From contig JAOUKV010000009.1 in the NCBI GenBank assembly GCA_029882355.1, positions 14,807-78,806 on the forward strand: 64,000 nt of DNA, given 5' to 3'. Position 1 is the stretch's first letter. Each line of letters opens with the position of its first letter. Shown here piece by piece: positions 41,644 to 52,276 of this stretch. Under the pieces are notes generated by a model. It was not told where the DNA came from, made no database searches, and saw only the letters and a list, made by a program, of their open reading frames with translations. This DNA comes from Gammaproteobacteria bacterium. GTDB lineage: Bacteria; Pseudomonadota; Gammaproteobacteria; SZUA-229. The position numbers and the translations under genes were made by a program.

Positions 41644-44600
41644 TCATTTCACATTCTCAATATAGCTCTCAAAAGCCACACAATCTAAAGGCTGGCTAAA
41701 ATAATACCCCTGAAAATTCTGACAGCCCTTTTCAGTCAAAAACATTAATTGCTCTTTGGTCTCAACGCCTTCCGCAATCACTTCCAGACCAAGGTGTGAG
41801 GCCATCGAAATAATGGTCTCAACAATCATTGCATCATTATCATCTTCGACGATATCACGCACAAATGACTGATCAATTTTAAGCTTATCCAAAGGTAACT
41901 GTTTTAAATAAGCCAATGATGAATACCCCGTTCCAAAGTCATCAATTGAGACACGAATATGATTTTCACGCAGCCTTTTAATTTTCTCGATCACTTCATC
42001 TCGATTTTGCATCAACAGGCTTTCTGTAATTTCTAACTCAATACAATCAGGCGACACTTCTGCGCGCAACAAGATATCAAGCACATGCTCGACAAAATTT
42101 TCCTGATGAAATTGTTGTGGACTTACATTTATTGCCAATCGCAGCATTTCTATTTTACATACATTCATTTTGTGCCAAAGACCGATCTGGCGTGCAGCTT
42201 CACGTAAAACCCAATCACCCACCTCAATAATCAGGCCAGTTTCCTCGGCAATAGGAATAAAGTCGCCAGGTGGTATCATGCCTTTTTCAGGATGCAACCA
42301 ACGTACCAAAACTTCAGCACCGACTAATTTATGGTTAACATCCAACTGCGGCTGATAATGTAAAATGAATTCATTATTTTTTATAGCCTCACGTAAACCC
42401 TCGCTAATAGACAATCGCCTATCCACATCAGCCTGCATGGCAGACTCATAAAAACTAACAGCATTACGACCTTTAGCTTTTGCATTATAAAGCGCGCTAT
42501 CAGCCTGCTTAAGCACATCATCAATATTTTTCGTGTTTTCATCAAATAAAGTGATACCGATACTGACATTGATATAACATTTATTAGCGTACAAAGTGTA
42601 TCCATCTGACAAACAAAGACGAATCTTTTCGGCCACTTTTTGTGCCTCGTAACCAGCCCTTACTTCATCATTACCATTATCAGGCAAAAGGATAACGAAC
42701 TCATCACCACCCAATCGAGCCACAGTATCCTCTTCGCGCATCAATGTTGTTAAACGATTAGCTACTTGTCTCAACAATTCATCACCCACTGGATGCCCGA
42801 GCGAATCATTAAGATCTTTAAAACGATCCAGATCCAATAATAACAAAGCACCAATATGTTTTCGCCGAGCACAGGAAGAAATATTCTGTTCGAGCCTATC
42901 AAGTAACAAACGTCGATTAGCCAGGCCAGTTAAATCATCATGATAAGCCAAATGCTCGACATGAGCTTCTGCCTCTTTACGTTTAGTTATATCCTGTGAA
43001 GTTGCCACATATCGAACCACTTCACCGTATTCATCTCTAACAGAAGTAATCGTTAACCACTCAGCATAAAGCTCTCCATCCTTACGCTTATTCCATACCT
43101 CACCCTGCCAGATACCTGACTCAGAAATCAAATACCACATATCCTCATAAAATTTTTCATCCTGAATTCCAGATTGAAAAATACGTGGATTCTCCCCAAT
43201 TAATTCTTCTGCCGTATAACCGGTCATTTTTTCAATCGCAGGGTTAACTCGTATAATTGCCCCCTTCTCATTGGTGATTAAAATTCCTGCGTGGGTATCA
43301 AAAGCCGTTTCTGCCAGACGCAAATTATCCAGTGTAGAAACTCTCTCTGTAATATCCTGAACAACACCCAATGAAGACAATGGTGCTCCATCATTATCAA
43401 AACTAGTCGTACATTGCTCATGCACTATTTTTTTAGTGCCATCCTCTAATACAATACGATGCATTACATCGTAGTCCTCTCTATCAGCTATGGATTTGGC
43501 AAATTCAGTTTTGACACGCTCGACGTCATCTTCATGAATAGCATTTAAAAATGATTCAAAGGTAGGCTGGTGTTTTTCAGTGTCATAACCAAAAATTCTA
43601 TACGTTTCATCAGACCATTCCAGAGTTTTTGTAACATGGTTATATTCCCAGCAACCGAGTTTTGCCGTGTGCTGAGCCGCTAGTAACAAGGCTTCATTTT
43701 TTAGTATTTCTTTGTCTTTTTTTGCATCATTGGTCAAATCACGAATATAGGCATAAAAAATCCAACCAGCATCTGTATGTACTGATTTCATCGATAACTC
43801 TATCGGAAATTCGTCGCCATTTTTATGCAAGGCTAGTGTTTCAATACGTTTAGTCTTGACCTCTGTATCCTCAGAGTTCATTAAACGCTGGATACCCTCG
43901 GTATGCCTTTGACGATATTCATGTGGAATAATCGTTTCATCCAGAGAACGCTCTACAATCTCAGAAAAACTCCATCCAAACATTACTTCTGCAGCAAGAC
44001 TCCATTCACGCACTTCACCAGTTTCATCCATGACTATCACTGCATCAATTGAATGATCAACAATATGCCGTAAGTGTGACGAGTAAGCCTCAATATCACG
44101 CTGCATTTCCACGCTGTCTGTTATATCTTTGAAAACAAAAACAACACCCTTAATAGAATCTGTAGAATCTTTTATCAGGGAGTATTTACCCGAAATTTCG
44201 TAATGCTCACCATATCGAGAATTCAGGGAATAACGTGTCGATGCAACATTGTTATCCTGATCTTTTTTCATCCAGCCTGAAAAATCATTGATCTCATCTC
44301 CCCTGATATTTGTCAGTTTCACCACTTCAGACAAATGATGGCCCTCAGCCTCCTTTTCCAGCCAATCCGTCAACCGCTCCGCTTCAAGATTCATTCCGAG
44401 AACATCGCCATTTTTATCGATACTGATAACTGCATCACCTATAGATTGGAGAGTAATTGCAAGATTATTTTCTCGTGAGCGGTGTTTTAGATTTGAAAAA
44501 TACTGATACAAAATAAACAACACAAAGAGGTATGAAATAACAGCGAAACCTGAAAACTGTAAAACTCTAGCTGCAAAATGGCCATCAGCAATTGCTTTAT

Positions 44601-45093
44601 GAACAATATCCTCATAACCAGCCAACAACACCATCATCTCTCGAAACAGATTATCACGTTTAATAACAGCTAATGATTGGTCCCGAATATTGGTTTGTTG
44701 AGAGTCAGCTCCCTGACTCAATAAAGCATAAAACTGACGATCTACTTTAAGCCAATCATTGTAAACACTCTCTAATTTATCAAAATCTTTATTCCGCAAT
44801 AATTCATACCCAGTAATTTCCTTCAGTAGCTTAATATCTGTTACGACAGACTGAGATTTCAGCTTTAAAATGTCATCATCAACCTTAGTGTTTAGACTAT
44901 TTGCGTCTTTTGCATCCTGCTTTAATTCGATTACTGAGTGACGAATAGTCGCCAGACCCTGATCAATACGCTGCGCATTAACACCTATTTCATTACGCTG
45001 AGGCACTTCAAACAGGTAAAGAATAATCAGTAAAAGTATAGGTAGTGATAAAACTCCTATTAAAGTATGAGTTTTTGTGTCTGCCTGCATCAT
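41644..45093 (-). CDS. Membrane-anchored PAS/PAC-GGDEF-EAL c-di-GMP signalling protein
   Basis: 1149 aa: two TM helices bracketing a ~150-aa periplasmic segment, several PAS/PAC modules, a GGDEF domain (RLGGDEF) and an EAL domain (ELEITESLLM, DDFGTGYSSL). Confidence 0.9.
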   Translation of the reverse strand: MMQADTKTHTLIGVLSLPILLLIILYLFEVPQRNEIGVNAQRIDQGLATIRHSVIELKQDAKDANSLNTKVDDDILKLKSQSVVTDIKLLKEITGYELLRNKDFDKLESVYNDWLKVDRQFYALLSQGADSQQTNIRDQSLAVIKRDNLFREMMVLLAGYEDIVHKAIADGHFAARVLQFSGFAVISYLFVLFILYQYFSNLKHRSRENNLAITLQSIGDAVISIDKNGDVLGMNLEAERLTDWLEKEAEGHHLSEVVKLTNIRGDEINDFSGWMKKDQDNNVASTRYSLNSRYGEHYEISGKYSLIKDSTDSIKGVVFVFKDITDSVEMQRDIEAYSSHLRHIVDHSIDAVIVMDETGEVREWSLAAEVMFGWSFSEIVERSLDETIIPHEYRQRHTEGIQRLMNSEDTEVKTKRIETLALHKNGDEFPIELSMKSVHTDAGWIFYAYIRDLTNDAKKDKEILKNEALLLAAQHTAKLGCWEYNHVTKTLEWSDETYRIFGYDTEKHQPTFESFLNAIHEDDVERVKTEFAKSIADREDYDVMHRIVLEDGTKKIVHEQCTTSFDNDGAPLSSLGVVQDITERVSTLDNLRLAETAFDTHAGILITNEKGAIIRVNPAIEKMTGYTAEELIGENPRIFQSGIQDEKFYEDMWYLISESGIWQGEVWNKRKDGELYAEWLTITSVRDEYGEVVRYVATSQDITKRKEAEAHVEHLAYHDDLTGLANRRLLLDRLEQNISSCARRKHIGALLLLDLDRFKDLNDSLGHPVGDELLRQVANRLTTLMREEDTVARLGGDEFVILLPDNGNDEVRAGYEAQKVAEKIRLCLSDGYTLYANKCYINVSIGITLFDENTKNIDDVLKQADSALYNAKAKGRNAVSFYESAMQADVDRRLSISEGLREAIKNNEFILHYQPQLDVNHKLVGAEVLVRWLHPEKGMIPPGDFIPIAEETGLIIEVGDWVLREAARQIGLWHKMNVCKIEMLRLAINVSPQQFHQENFVEHVLDILLRAEVSPDCIELEITESLLMQNRDEVIEKIKRLRENHIRVSIDDFGTGYSSLAYLKQLPLDKLKIDQSFVRDIVEDDNDAMIVETIISMASHLGLEVIAEGVETKEQLMFLTEKGCQNFQGYYFSQPLDCVAFESYIENVK

Positions 45094-45310
45094 AATGAAG
45101 GAGTTTTGACGCTCACACAGTCCTTTTCAATGTTGGAAATGATAGTAATAGATATATTAATGGCTAAATTCACACACTTATTATAGTGCTATCCTAACTA
45201 GTGTCCACTATCAGCGTGAAATACATGGAGCAACACTTCAGTGATAAAGGTCACACACAAATATCTACAATGGTATAATTTTCAGAGTGCAGATCCAGAA
45301 ACAGATTTAG

Positions 45311-45760
45311 TTATAAAGAAGCAAGATCCTTATATTTAGAATTGATTTTTAACCATGCTCGAAGCCGACTATGGCTAGCAATGTTGATAGAGTCTGGAAA
45401 CAAGGTCACCGTACGAGAAACATCAGTAATACTGTTTGAAAGAATTAACTGCAAAAGAACATCAGAAACATAGCTGTCACTGGCAAGCTGGAAATCGTAA
45501 TACTCCTTGTCACCGATATTAAAATCGACCAGTCCGTCCGATTTTAAAGAGAGATGAATATTGTTTTTATAATAACTTGAGTATTTGTTCCAGCTGACAA
45601 CAACAAGTATAAAAAGGGAGGTTTTTAGCGGAAGGCCTACCTCACCTATATCACTTATTGATAAAATGGACAGGACAGCCAGAGCATGTATTACAATGAG
45701 TAAACGAAGCGCAATTTTAGAAGCTTTAATATCAAAAAATAAAGTATTCAATTGAGTCAT
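45311..45760 (-). CDS. YgfX/CptA-like two-TM inner-membrane protein
   Basis: 149 aa with two hydrophobic helices near the N-terminus and a C-terminal LFPDS...SHSRLRAWL block resembling E. coli YgfX. It lies downstream of sdhE and divergent from ygfZ, matching E. coli ygfX-sdhE/ygfZ synteny. Confidence 0.55.
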   Translation of the reverse strand: MTQLNTLFFDIKASKIALRLLIVIHALAVLSILSISDIGEVGLPLKTSLFILVVVSWNKYSSYYKNNIHLSLKSDGLVDFNIGDKEYYDFQLASDSYVSDVLLQLILSNSITDVSRTVTLFPDSINIASHSRLRAWLKINSKYKDLASL

Positions 45761-45780
45761 CAGATAACAGACTTTTGGAG

Positions 45781-45978
45781 TTATTTGACTCCATATTTCT
45801 CCATTTGATCAAGGTGACGAATATAATCAATTAAATCGCCTTCTGCGTCGGCCTTGCTATCAAAGGGTCCTCTTTCCTCACCTTCTCGCGTGGTATAAAA
45901 CCATTCACCATTCATTTGCACAAATCGATCCATCTGAAAAAATGTTTTTGGTTGATCCCCGTCTGATTTTCTACCCAC
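45781..45978 (-). CDS. Small acidic hypothetical protein (65 aa)
   Basis: ORF in the table. Inserted between sdhE and the ygfX-like gene. No family recognised. Confidence 0.4.
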   Translation of the reverse strand: MGRKSDGDQPKTFFQMDRFVQMNGEWFYTTREGEERGPFDSKADAEGDLIDYIRHLDQMEKYGVK

Positions 45979-46013
45979 CTTTCTACCCTCTTACTGTTAC
46001 AGTTCTTATGCGA

Positions 46014-46271
46014 TTAATTTCTTATTGCCTGCCTTATTCTATTGATCAGAGCCGCGACAGCTAAATCTGGAGACACCGTTTTCCCTAACAATAAATCAAA
46101 CAAAGTCTGATCTTGATAATCTAGCACACGAAAAAATAAAAGGGTGTCTTGCTCAGTTAAACTATTATATTCCATTTCTACAAAAGCAGTCAGTAATAAA
46201 TCCAGCTCGAGCATACCGCGCCGACAACGCCAGCGTAGCTGTGAGGCACTGATATTGGCGGATTGACTCAT
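46014..46271 (-). CDS. sdhE: FAD assembly factor SdhE (YgfY)
   Basis: 85 aa with the WRCRRGMLELDLLL (RGxxE) motif. Its start overlaps the sdhB stop (ATGA). Confidence 0.88.
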   Translation of the reverse strand: MSQSANISASQLRWRCRRGMLELDLLLTAFVEMEYNSLTEQDTLLFFRVLDYQDQTLFDLLLGKTVSPDLAVAALINRIRQAIRN

Positions 46272-46963
46272 AAAGAGTTTGTCACCATTTTTTTCTTGAT
46301 GTTACCAATGGCTTTGGTTGGGTTCAGACCCTTGGGACAAACCTGTACACAATTCATTATAGTATGACAGCGAAACAGCTTGAATGGCCCTTCCAGATTT
46401 TCCAGGCGTTCTTCCAGCGCCTGGTCGCGACTATCCTCAATGAAACGTGAAGCCTGCAACAAGGCAGCGGGACCGAGAAACTTATCAGGATTCCACCAGA
46501 AAGAAGGACAGGCTGTGGAACAGCAGCCACAGAGAATACATTCATACAAACCATCCAGTTTTTCACGCTGTTCTGGTGTTTGCCGCAGCTCGACTTCGGG
46601 CACAGGATCTTTAACAATGAGATAAGGCTTAACCTCTCGGTATTGCTGATAAAACTGATCCATATCGACAATAAGATCACGCACCACAGGCAATCCGGGC
46701 AAAGGCCTGATTTCGACCGGTTCCTCAAGCTCATTTAACGGTGTGATACAGGCCAGGCCATTAACGCCATTGATATTCATACTGTCCGAGCCACAAACAC
46801 CCTCACCACAGGAGCGCCTAAAACTGAGCGTTTCATCCTGCTCTTTTAATTTGAGTAACGCTGCCAGCAGCATCATGCCGGGCTCGATGTCCTTAAGCTC
46901 ATAATTCTGAATATAGGGTTTCTTATCAACATCAGGGTTATAACGATAAATATTAAAACGCAT
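46268..46963 (-). CDS. sdhB: Succinate dehydrogenase iron-sulfur subunit
   Basis: From the internal start MRFNIYRYNPDVD. Closely follows E. coli SdhB, including the three Cys clusters. Confidence 0.95.
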   Translation of the reverse strand: MRFNIYRYNPDVDKKPYIQNYELKDIEPGMMLLAALLKLKEQDETLSFRRSCGEGVCGSDSMNINGVNGLACITPLNELEEPVEIRPLPGLPVVRDLIVDMDQFYQQYREVKPYLIVKDPVPEVELRQTPEQREKLDGLYECILCGCCSTACPSFWWNPDKFLGPAALLQASRFIEDSRDQALEERLENLEGPFKLFRCHTIMNCVQVCPKGLNPTKAIGNIKKKMVTNSL

Positions 46964-46973
46964 GTTAATCCCC

Positions 46974-48746
46974 TTAATAAACTCTAGGTTTGGGTGGAAA
47001 ACTTTCCACACTCACGGGCCTGGTGCGAACCGGTTTGTAATCAAGTCCGTTTTCAAATGAATACAAAGTATGGCGCATCCAGTTTTTATCATCGCGTTCA
47101 GGATAATCGATTCGAGAATGCGCACCACGACTCTCAGTACGTGCATAAGCTGAGTGCATGGTCGCCAAACCGCAGGCCATTAAATTTTCAAGCTCCAGAG
47201 CTTCAACTCTGGCGGTATTAAAGATATCACTATGATCGCCAATGCTTGCTAATTTTAGGCGTTCGGCAAGTTGTTCCACTTTCTTCACACCTTCCTTTAA
47301 AACTTCCTCATTTCTAAATACACCACAATGTTTTTCCATAACGGCTTTCAATTCATCACGTAAACCACTGACTGACTCACCACCTTTTACTGCATCTGTA
47401 TCCCAACGCTTGAAACGAGCCATGGCCTTTTCGACACAACTGTCATCCAGTGAACGATGGTAACGATTTTCTTTTAAATACGCGATGATGTGATTCGCCG
47501 CCGCTCGACCAAACACTAAAATATCGAGCAGAGAATTACCGCCCAAACGATTGGCACCGTGTACAGAAACACAGGCACATTCTCCTGCCGCATATAAACC
47601 TTCTATCACCTCTTCTGGTGTATCTTTAACCGGCATCACCACCTGACCATTTCGATTGGTGGGAATGCCGCCCATGGTGTAATGCGCTGTTGGGTATACA
47701 GGTATCGCCGCTTCCGCAGGATCAATACCCAAAAAAGTCATGCAGGTCTGGCGAATACCCGGTAGCCGTTTTTGAATAACGTCTTCCCCCAAATGATCCA
47801 GCTTCAACAGGACATGATCTTTCTTAGGCCCACAACCACGACCCTCGCGAATCTCCGTCTCAATAGCCCGACTGACCACATCACGACTGGCCAGATCTTT
47901 TGCCCTGGGCGCATAGCGCTCCATCATGCGCTCACCCTCACCATTCACCAGATAACCGCCCTCACCTCGAGCACCTTCAGTAATTAACATGCCGCGACCC
48001 GCAATACCAGTGGGATGAAACTGGAAGAACTCCATATCCTGCAAAGGTATGCCAGCGCGCAACGCCATGCCCAAACCATCGCCGGTATTGATCATGGCAT
48101 TAGTGGTGGTTCTATAAAGCTGCCCCGCGCCGCCAGTGGCCAGCAAAGTGGTTTTGGCTTCGATGATAATCGGCTGGCCATCGTGAATATTAAATACCAG
48201 AGCGCCTAATACATGACCTTCGTCATCTTTCAGTAAATCCACTGAAAAATATTCATCAAAGAAATGGGTCTTTGCACGAATATTCTGCTGATAAAGACTG
48301 TGCAGAATAGCGTGACCGGTTCGATCAGCAGCCGCGCAGGTTCGTGCGGCCTGATCACCACCAAAGTTCTGGCTTTGCCCGCCAAAGGGACGTTGATAGA
48401 TTTTGCCATTATCGAGTCGGGAAAATGGCACACCAAAATGTTCCAGTTCATAAACGGCTTTAGGCGCAGCACGGCACATGTATTCAATAGCATCCTGATC
48501 ACCCAGATAATCACTGCCCTTGATGGTATCGAACATATGCCAGTGCCAGTTATCAGGCAACACGTTGGCCAGTGCCGCATTCATACCACCCTGCGCCGCC
48601 ACGGTATGTGAACGCGTTGGGAATACCTTGGAGACAACCGCAACACTGGCATCGGCATCCGACAATTTCAATGCCGCACGCAAACCACCACCGCCTGCGC
48701 CAATGATCAGGGTATCGAACTTTCGTCTTTGAATTGCTTCCATCAT
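46974..48746 (-). CDS. sdhA: Succinate dehydrogenase flavoprotein subunit
   Basis: From MMEAIQRRKFDTLIIGAGGGG, with an FAD-binding N-terminus and the covalent-FAD His region. Its start overlaps the sdhD stop. Confidence 0.95.
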   Translation of the reverse strand: MMEAIQRRKFDTLIIGAGGGGLRAALKLSDADASVAVVSKVFPTRSHTVAAQGGMNAALANVLPDNWHWHMFDTIKGSDYLGDQDAIEYMCRAAPKAVYELEHFGVPFSRLDNGKIYQRPFGGQSQNFGGDQAARTCAAADRTGHAILHSLYQQNIRAKTHFFDEYFSVDLLKDDEGHVLGALVFNIHDGQPIIIEAKTTLLATGGAGQLYRTTTNAMINTGDGLGMALRAGIPLQDMEFFQFHPTGIAGRGMLITEGARGEGGYLVNGEGERMMERYAPRAKDLASRDVVSRAIETEIREGRGCGPKKDHVLLKLDHLGEDVIQKRLPGIRQTCMTFLGIDPAEAAIPVYPTAHYTMGGIPTNRNGQVVMPVKDTPEEVIEGLYAAGECACVSVHGANRLGGNSLLDILVFGRAAANHIIAYLKENRYHRSLDDSCVEKAMARFKRWDTDAVKGGESVSGLRDELKAVMEKHCGVFRNEEVLKEGVKKVEQLAERLKLASIGDHSDIFNTARVEALELENLMACGLATMHSAYARTESRGAHSRIDYPERDDKNWMRHTLYSFENGLDYKPVRTRPVSVESFPPKPRVY

Positions 48747-49090
48747 TGACCAACCATAGAAAATAATAAAATACGGATTACCCACAGGCCGCAGCCGACT
48801 AGCACACCCACGATCAGCGCCAGCACAGACATACGTAGCATAATATTGTGAACATAATCGAGAATCACATCACGCATACCTATCCATGCATGAAACAAAA
48901 CAGCGACCACAAATAGTCCAAACGCAATAGAATTGAAAGGATGAAACAACCAGTTCCGCCAGTGATCAAAACTGACAACATCGACAGTCATGCCGCAAAC
49001 TAATGAGTAGAGTAAAAATAATGAAATATAAACTGCACTGACACGCTGAATGACCCAGGGTTTTAAACCTTCAAGAATATAAAGACTCAT
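48743..49090 (-). CDS. sdhD: Succinate dehydrogenase hydrophobic membrane anchor subunit
   Basis: From the internal start MSLYILEGLK, ~115 aa with three TM helices, located between sdhC and sdhA. Confidence 0.85.
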   Translation of the reverse strand: MSLYILEGLKPWVIQRVSAVYISLFLLYSLVCGMTVDVVSFDHWRNWLFHPFNSIAFGLFVVAVLFHAWIGMRDVILDYVHNIMLRMSVLALIVGVLVGCGLWVIRILLFSMVGQ

Positions 49091-49473
49091 AACAACGTCC
49101 CCAGCACCACAATCACGACGACTGAACCAGCCAGAAACATCACCAGCCACGCCGAACGATTTGCAGGGATTTTCTCAATGGCGATATCTGCATCAATCAA
49201 CAGAAAACGAATACCTGCAAACAAATGATGCGCCAATGCCCAGACAAACAGGACTTGTACCGCCACGAGAAAAGGATGTTGCAGGATAAAAAGTACCTGT
49301 TCAAAACCTTCATGAGACTGAACAGACAAATCCAGCAAATAGACAATGAACGGCATAGCCAAAAACATCAATATACCGGATGCACGGTGAGCCAGAGAAA
49401 CCACACCAGCAATAGGTAAACGAATCTTGAAAAGATTCAAATAAACCGGTCGTTTATCCCTTCGCATGACCAT
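49087..49473 (-). CDS. sdhC: Succinate dehydrogenase cytochrome b556 subunit
   Basis: 128 aa with the RPVYLNL and SLAHRASG(I) signature. First gene of the sdhCDAB operon. Confidence 0.9.
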   Translation of the reverse strand: MVMRRDKRPVYLNLFKIRLPIAGVVSLAHRASGILMFLAMPFIVYLLDLSVQSHEGFEQVLFILQHPFLVAVQVLFVWALAHHLFAGIRFLLIDADIAIEKIPANRSAWLVMFLAGSVVVIVVLGTLL

Positions 49474-49607
49474 TACCTCTAATCATATTTTTTGTTATTA
49501 AAGACTATCATAGACCAGACGATGACTCATTCACAGTCAACGAACAAACGAATTGAAACAACACCGACAAATATCCCTGCAATCTATATATGATTTAACT
49601 ATATACT

Positions 49608-50711
49608 TTGTCTAAACTAGCCAATGACATAAAACAATCGTTCAACAGAGAGACAATACTGATGAAAATCGAGTGGGAAAGTTTTTTAAAAGATTCAGGC
49701 GCAGAATTTCTCGATAACAAGGTTGAATCCTTTGGCAACCCGTCACAGGAACGCCAGATCATCCATTCCGGCAACATCTTCTGCGACCTGTCGCACTACG
49801 GCCTGATAGCCGCCTACGGTGAAGACACGGTGAACTTTCTACAGGGACAATTCACCAACGATGTCGCCCAGGTTACAGAAACTCACAGCCAGCTCAGTAG
49901 TTACTGCACACCCAAAGGCAGAATGCTGGCCAACTTCAGAATTTTCAAACGCGGCGAGACGCTCTATTTATCGCTACCACAGCCACTACTCGAACCCGTA
50001 CTAAACCGACTACGCATGTTTGTAATGCGCTCCAAAGTCACATTAGAAGATGCCAGTGATGCGTTGATGAGATTCGGCTTTAACGGCCCAGATGCAGACA
50101 AACAATTAAAAGCCATCACCGGCAGCATCCCGGAGAATGTTAACGACAGTGTTCAAAACAATGACTACAGCATCATTCGCAGCCACGGCAAAGATCCGCG
50201 TTTCGAAATCTATGGACAGCTGGACGCCATAACAAAAATTTGGCAATCACTGGATGTTAATGCCACCGCCGTCGGCTCACACATTTGGGAACTACTAAAC
50301 ATACAGGCAGGCATCCCAGTAATCGTTGCCGATACCTGCGAAGCTTTCGTGCCTCAAATGGCCAACATGGGTCTCATTGACGGCATCAACTTCAAAAAAG
50401 GCTGTTATACCGGACAGGAAATCGTTGCAAGAATGCATTACCTCGGCAAACTCAAAAAACAGATGTATCGCATTTCGGTTGAGACTAATGACGCACCTAA
50501 AGCCGGTGATAAGATTTTTGCTGAGAATAGTACGGCGGGAACTGGTACAGGCGTGATTGTTAGTGCTGAGATGAATGCTGAGGGTGTTTATGAAGCATTG
50601 GCGGTTATTCAGATTGCAGATATTGAGGGGCAGGTATTGAAATTGAGGGATGCTGAGGGAGCGGTGATTGAAGTTTTGGAATTACCTTATGGATTTGTGA
50701 CGGGTGAATAA
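49608..50711 (+). CDS. ygfZ: tRNA-modifying / Fe-S cluster repair folate-binding protein YgfZ
   Basis: GcvT-like fold with the invariant KGCYTGQE motif. The true start may be the internal MKIEWESF at 49662. Confidence 0.88.
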   Translation: MSKLANDIKQSFNRETILMKIEWESFLKDSGAEFLDNKVESFGNPSQERQIIHSGNIFCDLSHYGLIAAYGEDTVNFLQGQFTNDVAQVTETHSQLSSYCTPKGRMLANFRIFKRGETLYLSLPQPLLEPVLNRLRMFVMRSKVTLEDASDALMRFGFNGPDADKQLKAITGSIPENVNDSVQNNDYSIIRSHGKDPRFEIYGQLDAITKIWQSLDVNATAVGSHIWELLNIQAGIPVIVADTCEAFVPQMANMGLIDGINFKKGCYTGQEIVARMHYLGKLKKQMYRISVETNDAPKAGDKIFAENSTAGTGTGVIVSAEMNAEGVYEALAVIQIADIEGQVLKLRDAEGAVIEVLELPYGFVTGE

Positions 50712-50863
50712 TTCAGGATAAAAGCTTGAATTAGTCTAGTAGGAAGAGTTGTTCTCTGACCCGGGTTTTCTTACGATTTAAAATTGAAACGAGGTTTCTT
50801 TTTTAGATTTATACTAGCCCTTAAAGTCATTACCCCTATTTACTGTTTATTGGGAGAACCACT

Positions 50864-52180
50864 GTGGAAAGCAATGTAATACAGGAACATGCTAAACAGC
50901 TTACTGATAGTTTGCTCAACGCTCTGAGCAGCCCTCAGTTTTATTCGCAAGCGGGTATTATCATTCTTGCAGTAATCATGGCCTATGCTTTCATTCGTTT
51001 GCTTGATCGCCATTCTGACTTACTCAAGCCAGCAACCAGTAAAACGCATTTTTTCTGGTTACGTGATTCCATCTACCAAATCAGAAGCCTGCTGCTGCCA
51101 CTTTTTATAATTCTTTTTATGGTAATGGCTGTCGATTTCAGCGAATACTTTATTAAAGAATCGTGGCTGGTTCGTATTGCTCAGGGACTGGCTGTGGTAC
51201 TGATAATTTATTCAATCATTTCCCGCTTTGTTTCAAATATTTTTATCAAAGCCGTTTTTAAATGGATTGCGATTCCTATTGCCCTGCTTCAGGTTCTTGG
51301 ATGGCTTGATGGCGTCACCAACTATCTTGAATCTTTGTATATCGAAATGGGCAATATAAAAATCTCTGCCTATGGCGTTGCACGCGTCATTGTTTTCGGT
51401 TCAATTTTGTTCTGGCTAGGTCGCATATCTAACGCGATTGGACAAAAAGCCATTCGTCAGCAAAAAAACCTGGACGTTGGCACACGTGAGGTTTTTGCCA
51501 AGCTTTTCCAGGTCGCCTTATATGTAGTGATCTTCATTCTTCTGCTACAGGCGATGGGCATTAATATTACGACCCTGGCAGTTTTCGGTGGCGCACTTGG
51601 TGTCGGTCTTGGCTTTGGCCTGCAGTCAATTGCTTCAAACTTTATCTCAGGCATTATTCTATTACTCGACCGCTCACTCGCCGTTGGTGATTACATCGAG
51701 CTCGCTGATGGACATAAAGGTACAATCCGTGAATTAAATATGCGTTCGACAACACTTGAGACCTATGACGGAAAAGATATCATGGTGCCCAATGAGCAAT
51801 TTATTACTACCAGTTTTATCAACTGGACACATAAGAATAAAAAACAACGTTACTCTATTAATCTACAGGTTGCCTATAGCACCGACCTGCACCACCTATT
51901 CGATTTACTCAGAGAAGTTGTTGCCAGCCACCCAAAAGTGCTCAGCGGCCCTGATTTACCCATTGAAGAAATTCCTGATGCTGAAATAAGTAGCTTTGGT
52001 GATTCAGGTGTTAATATTCTTATTGAATTCTGGATGAATGGCATTGATGACGGTGAGCACCGAGTTGGAGCAGACCTGCTGCTCATGATCTGGGATACGC
52101 TTAAAGAAAATCAGATTGAAATCCCTTTCCCTCAACGCGAAGTTAAAATCGTAAAAGTTGGCGAAGGCATTCATCTCTAA
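50864..52180 (+). CDS. MscS-family mechanosensitive ion channel
   Basis: 438 aa: N-terminal TM helices followed by the conserved MscS beta-domain region (GDYIELADGHKGTIRELNMRSTTLETYDGKDIMVPN). Confidence 0.85.
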   Translation: MESNVIQEHAKQLTDSLLNALSSPQFYSQAGIIILAVIMAYAFIRLLDRHSDLLKPATSKTHFFWLRDSIYQIRSLLLPLFIILFMVMAVDFSEYFIKESWLVRIAQGLAVVLIIYSIISRFVSNIFIKAVFKWIAIPIALLQVLGWLDGVTNYLESLYIEMGNIKISAYGVARVIVFGSILFWLGRISNAIGQKAIRQQKNLDVGTREVFAKLFQVALYVVIFILLLQAMGINITTLAVFGGALGVGLGFGLQSIASNFISGIILLLDRSLAVGDYIELADGHKGTIRELNMRSTTLETYDGKDIMVPNEQFITTSFINWTHKNKKQRYSINLQVAYSTDLHHLFDLLREVVASHPKVLSGPDLPIEEIPDAEISSFGDSGVNILIEFWMNGIDDGEHRVGADLLLMIWDTLKENQIEIPFPQREVKIVKVGEGIHL

Positions 52181-52276
52181 TATATATTGAAAAAAACACT
52201 TAGCAGATATAGCGTAACAACCTTATACTATTGGCTTATTAATTAACCGCTCATATATTTGTATAGGTCATATTAA

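Noticed and set aside
46357-46734. 125-aa minus-strand ORF and 81-aa plus-strand ORF nested inside sdhB
   Set aside because: They are out of frame or antisense within one of the most conserved genes in the window. There are no independent signals.
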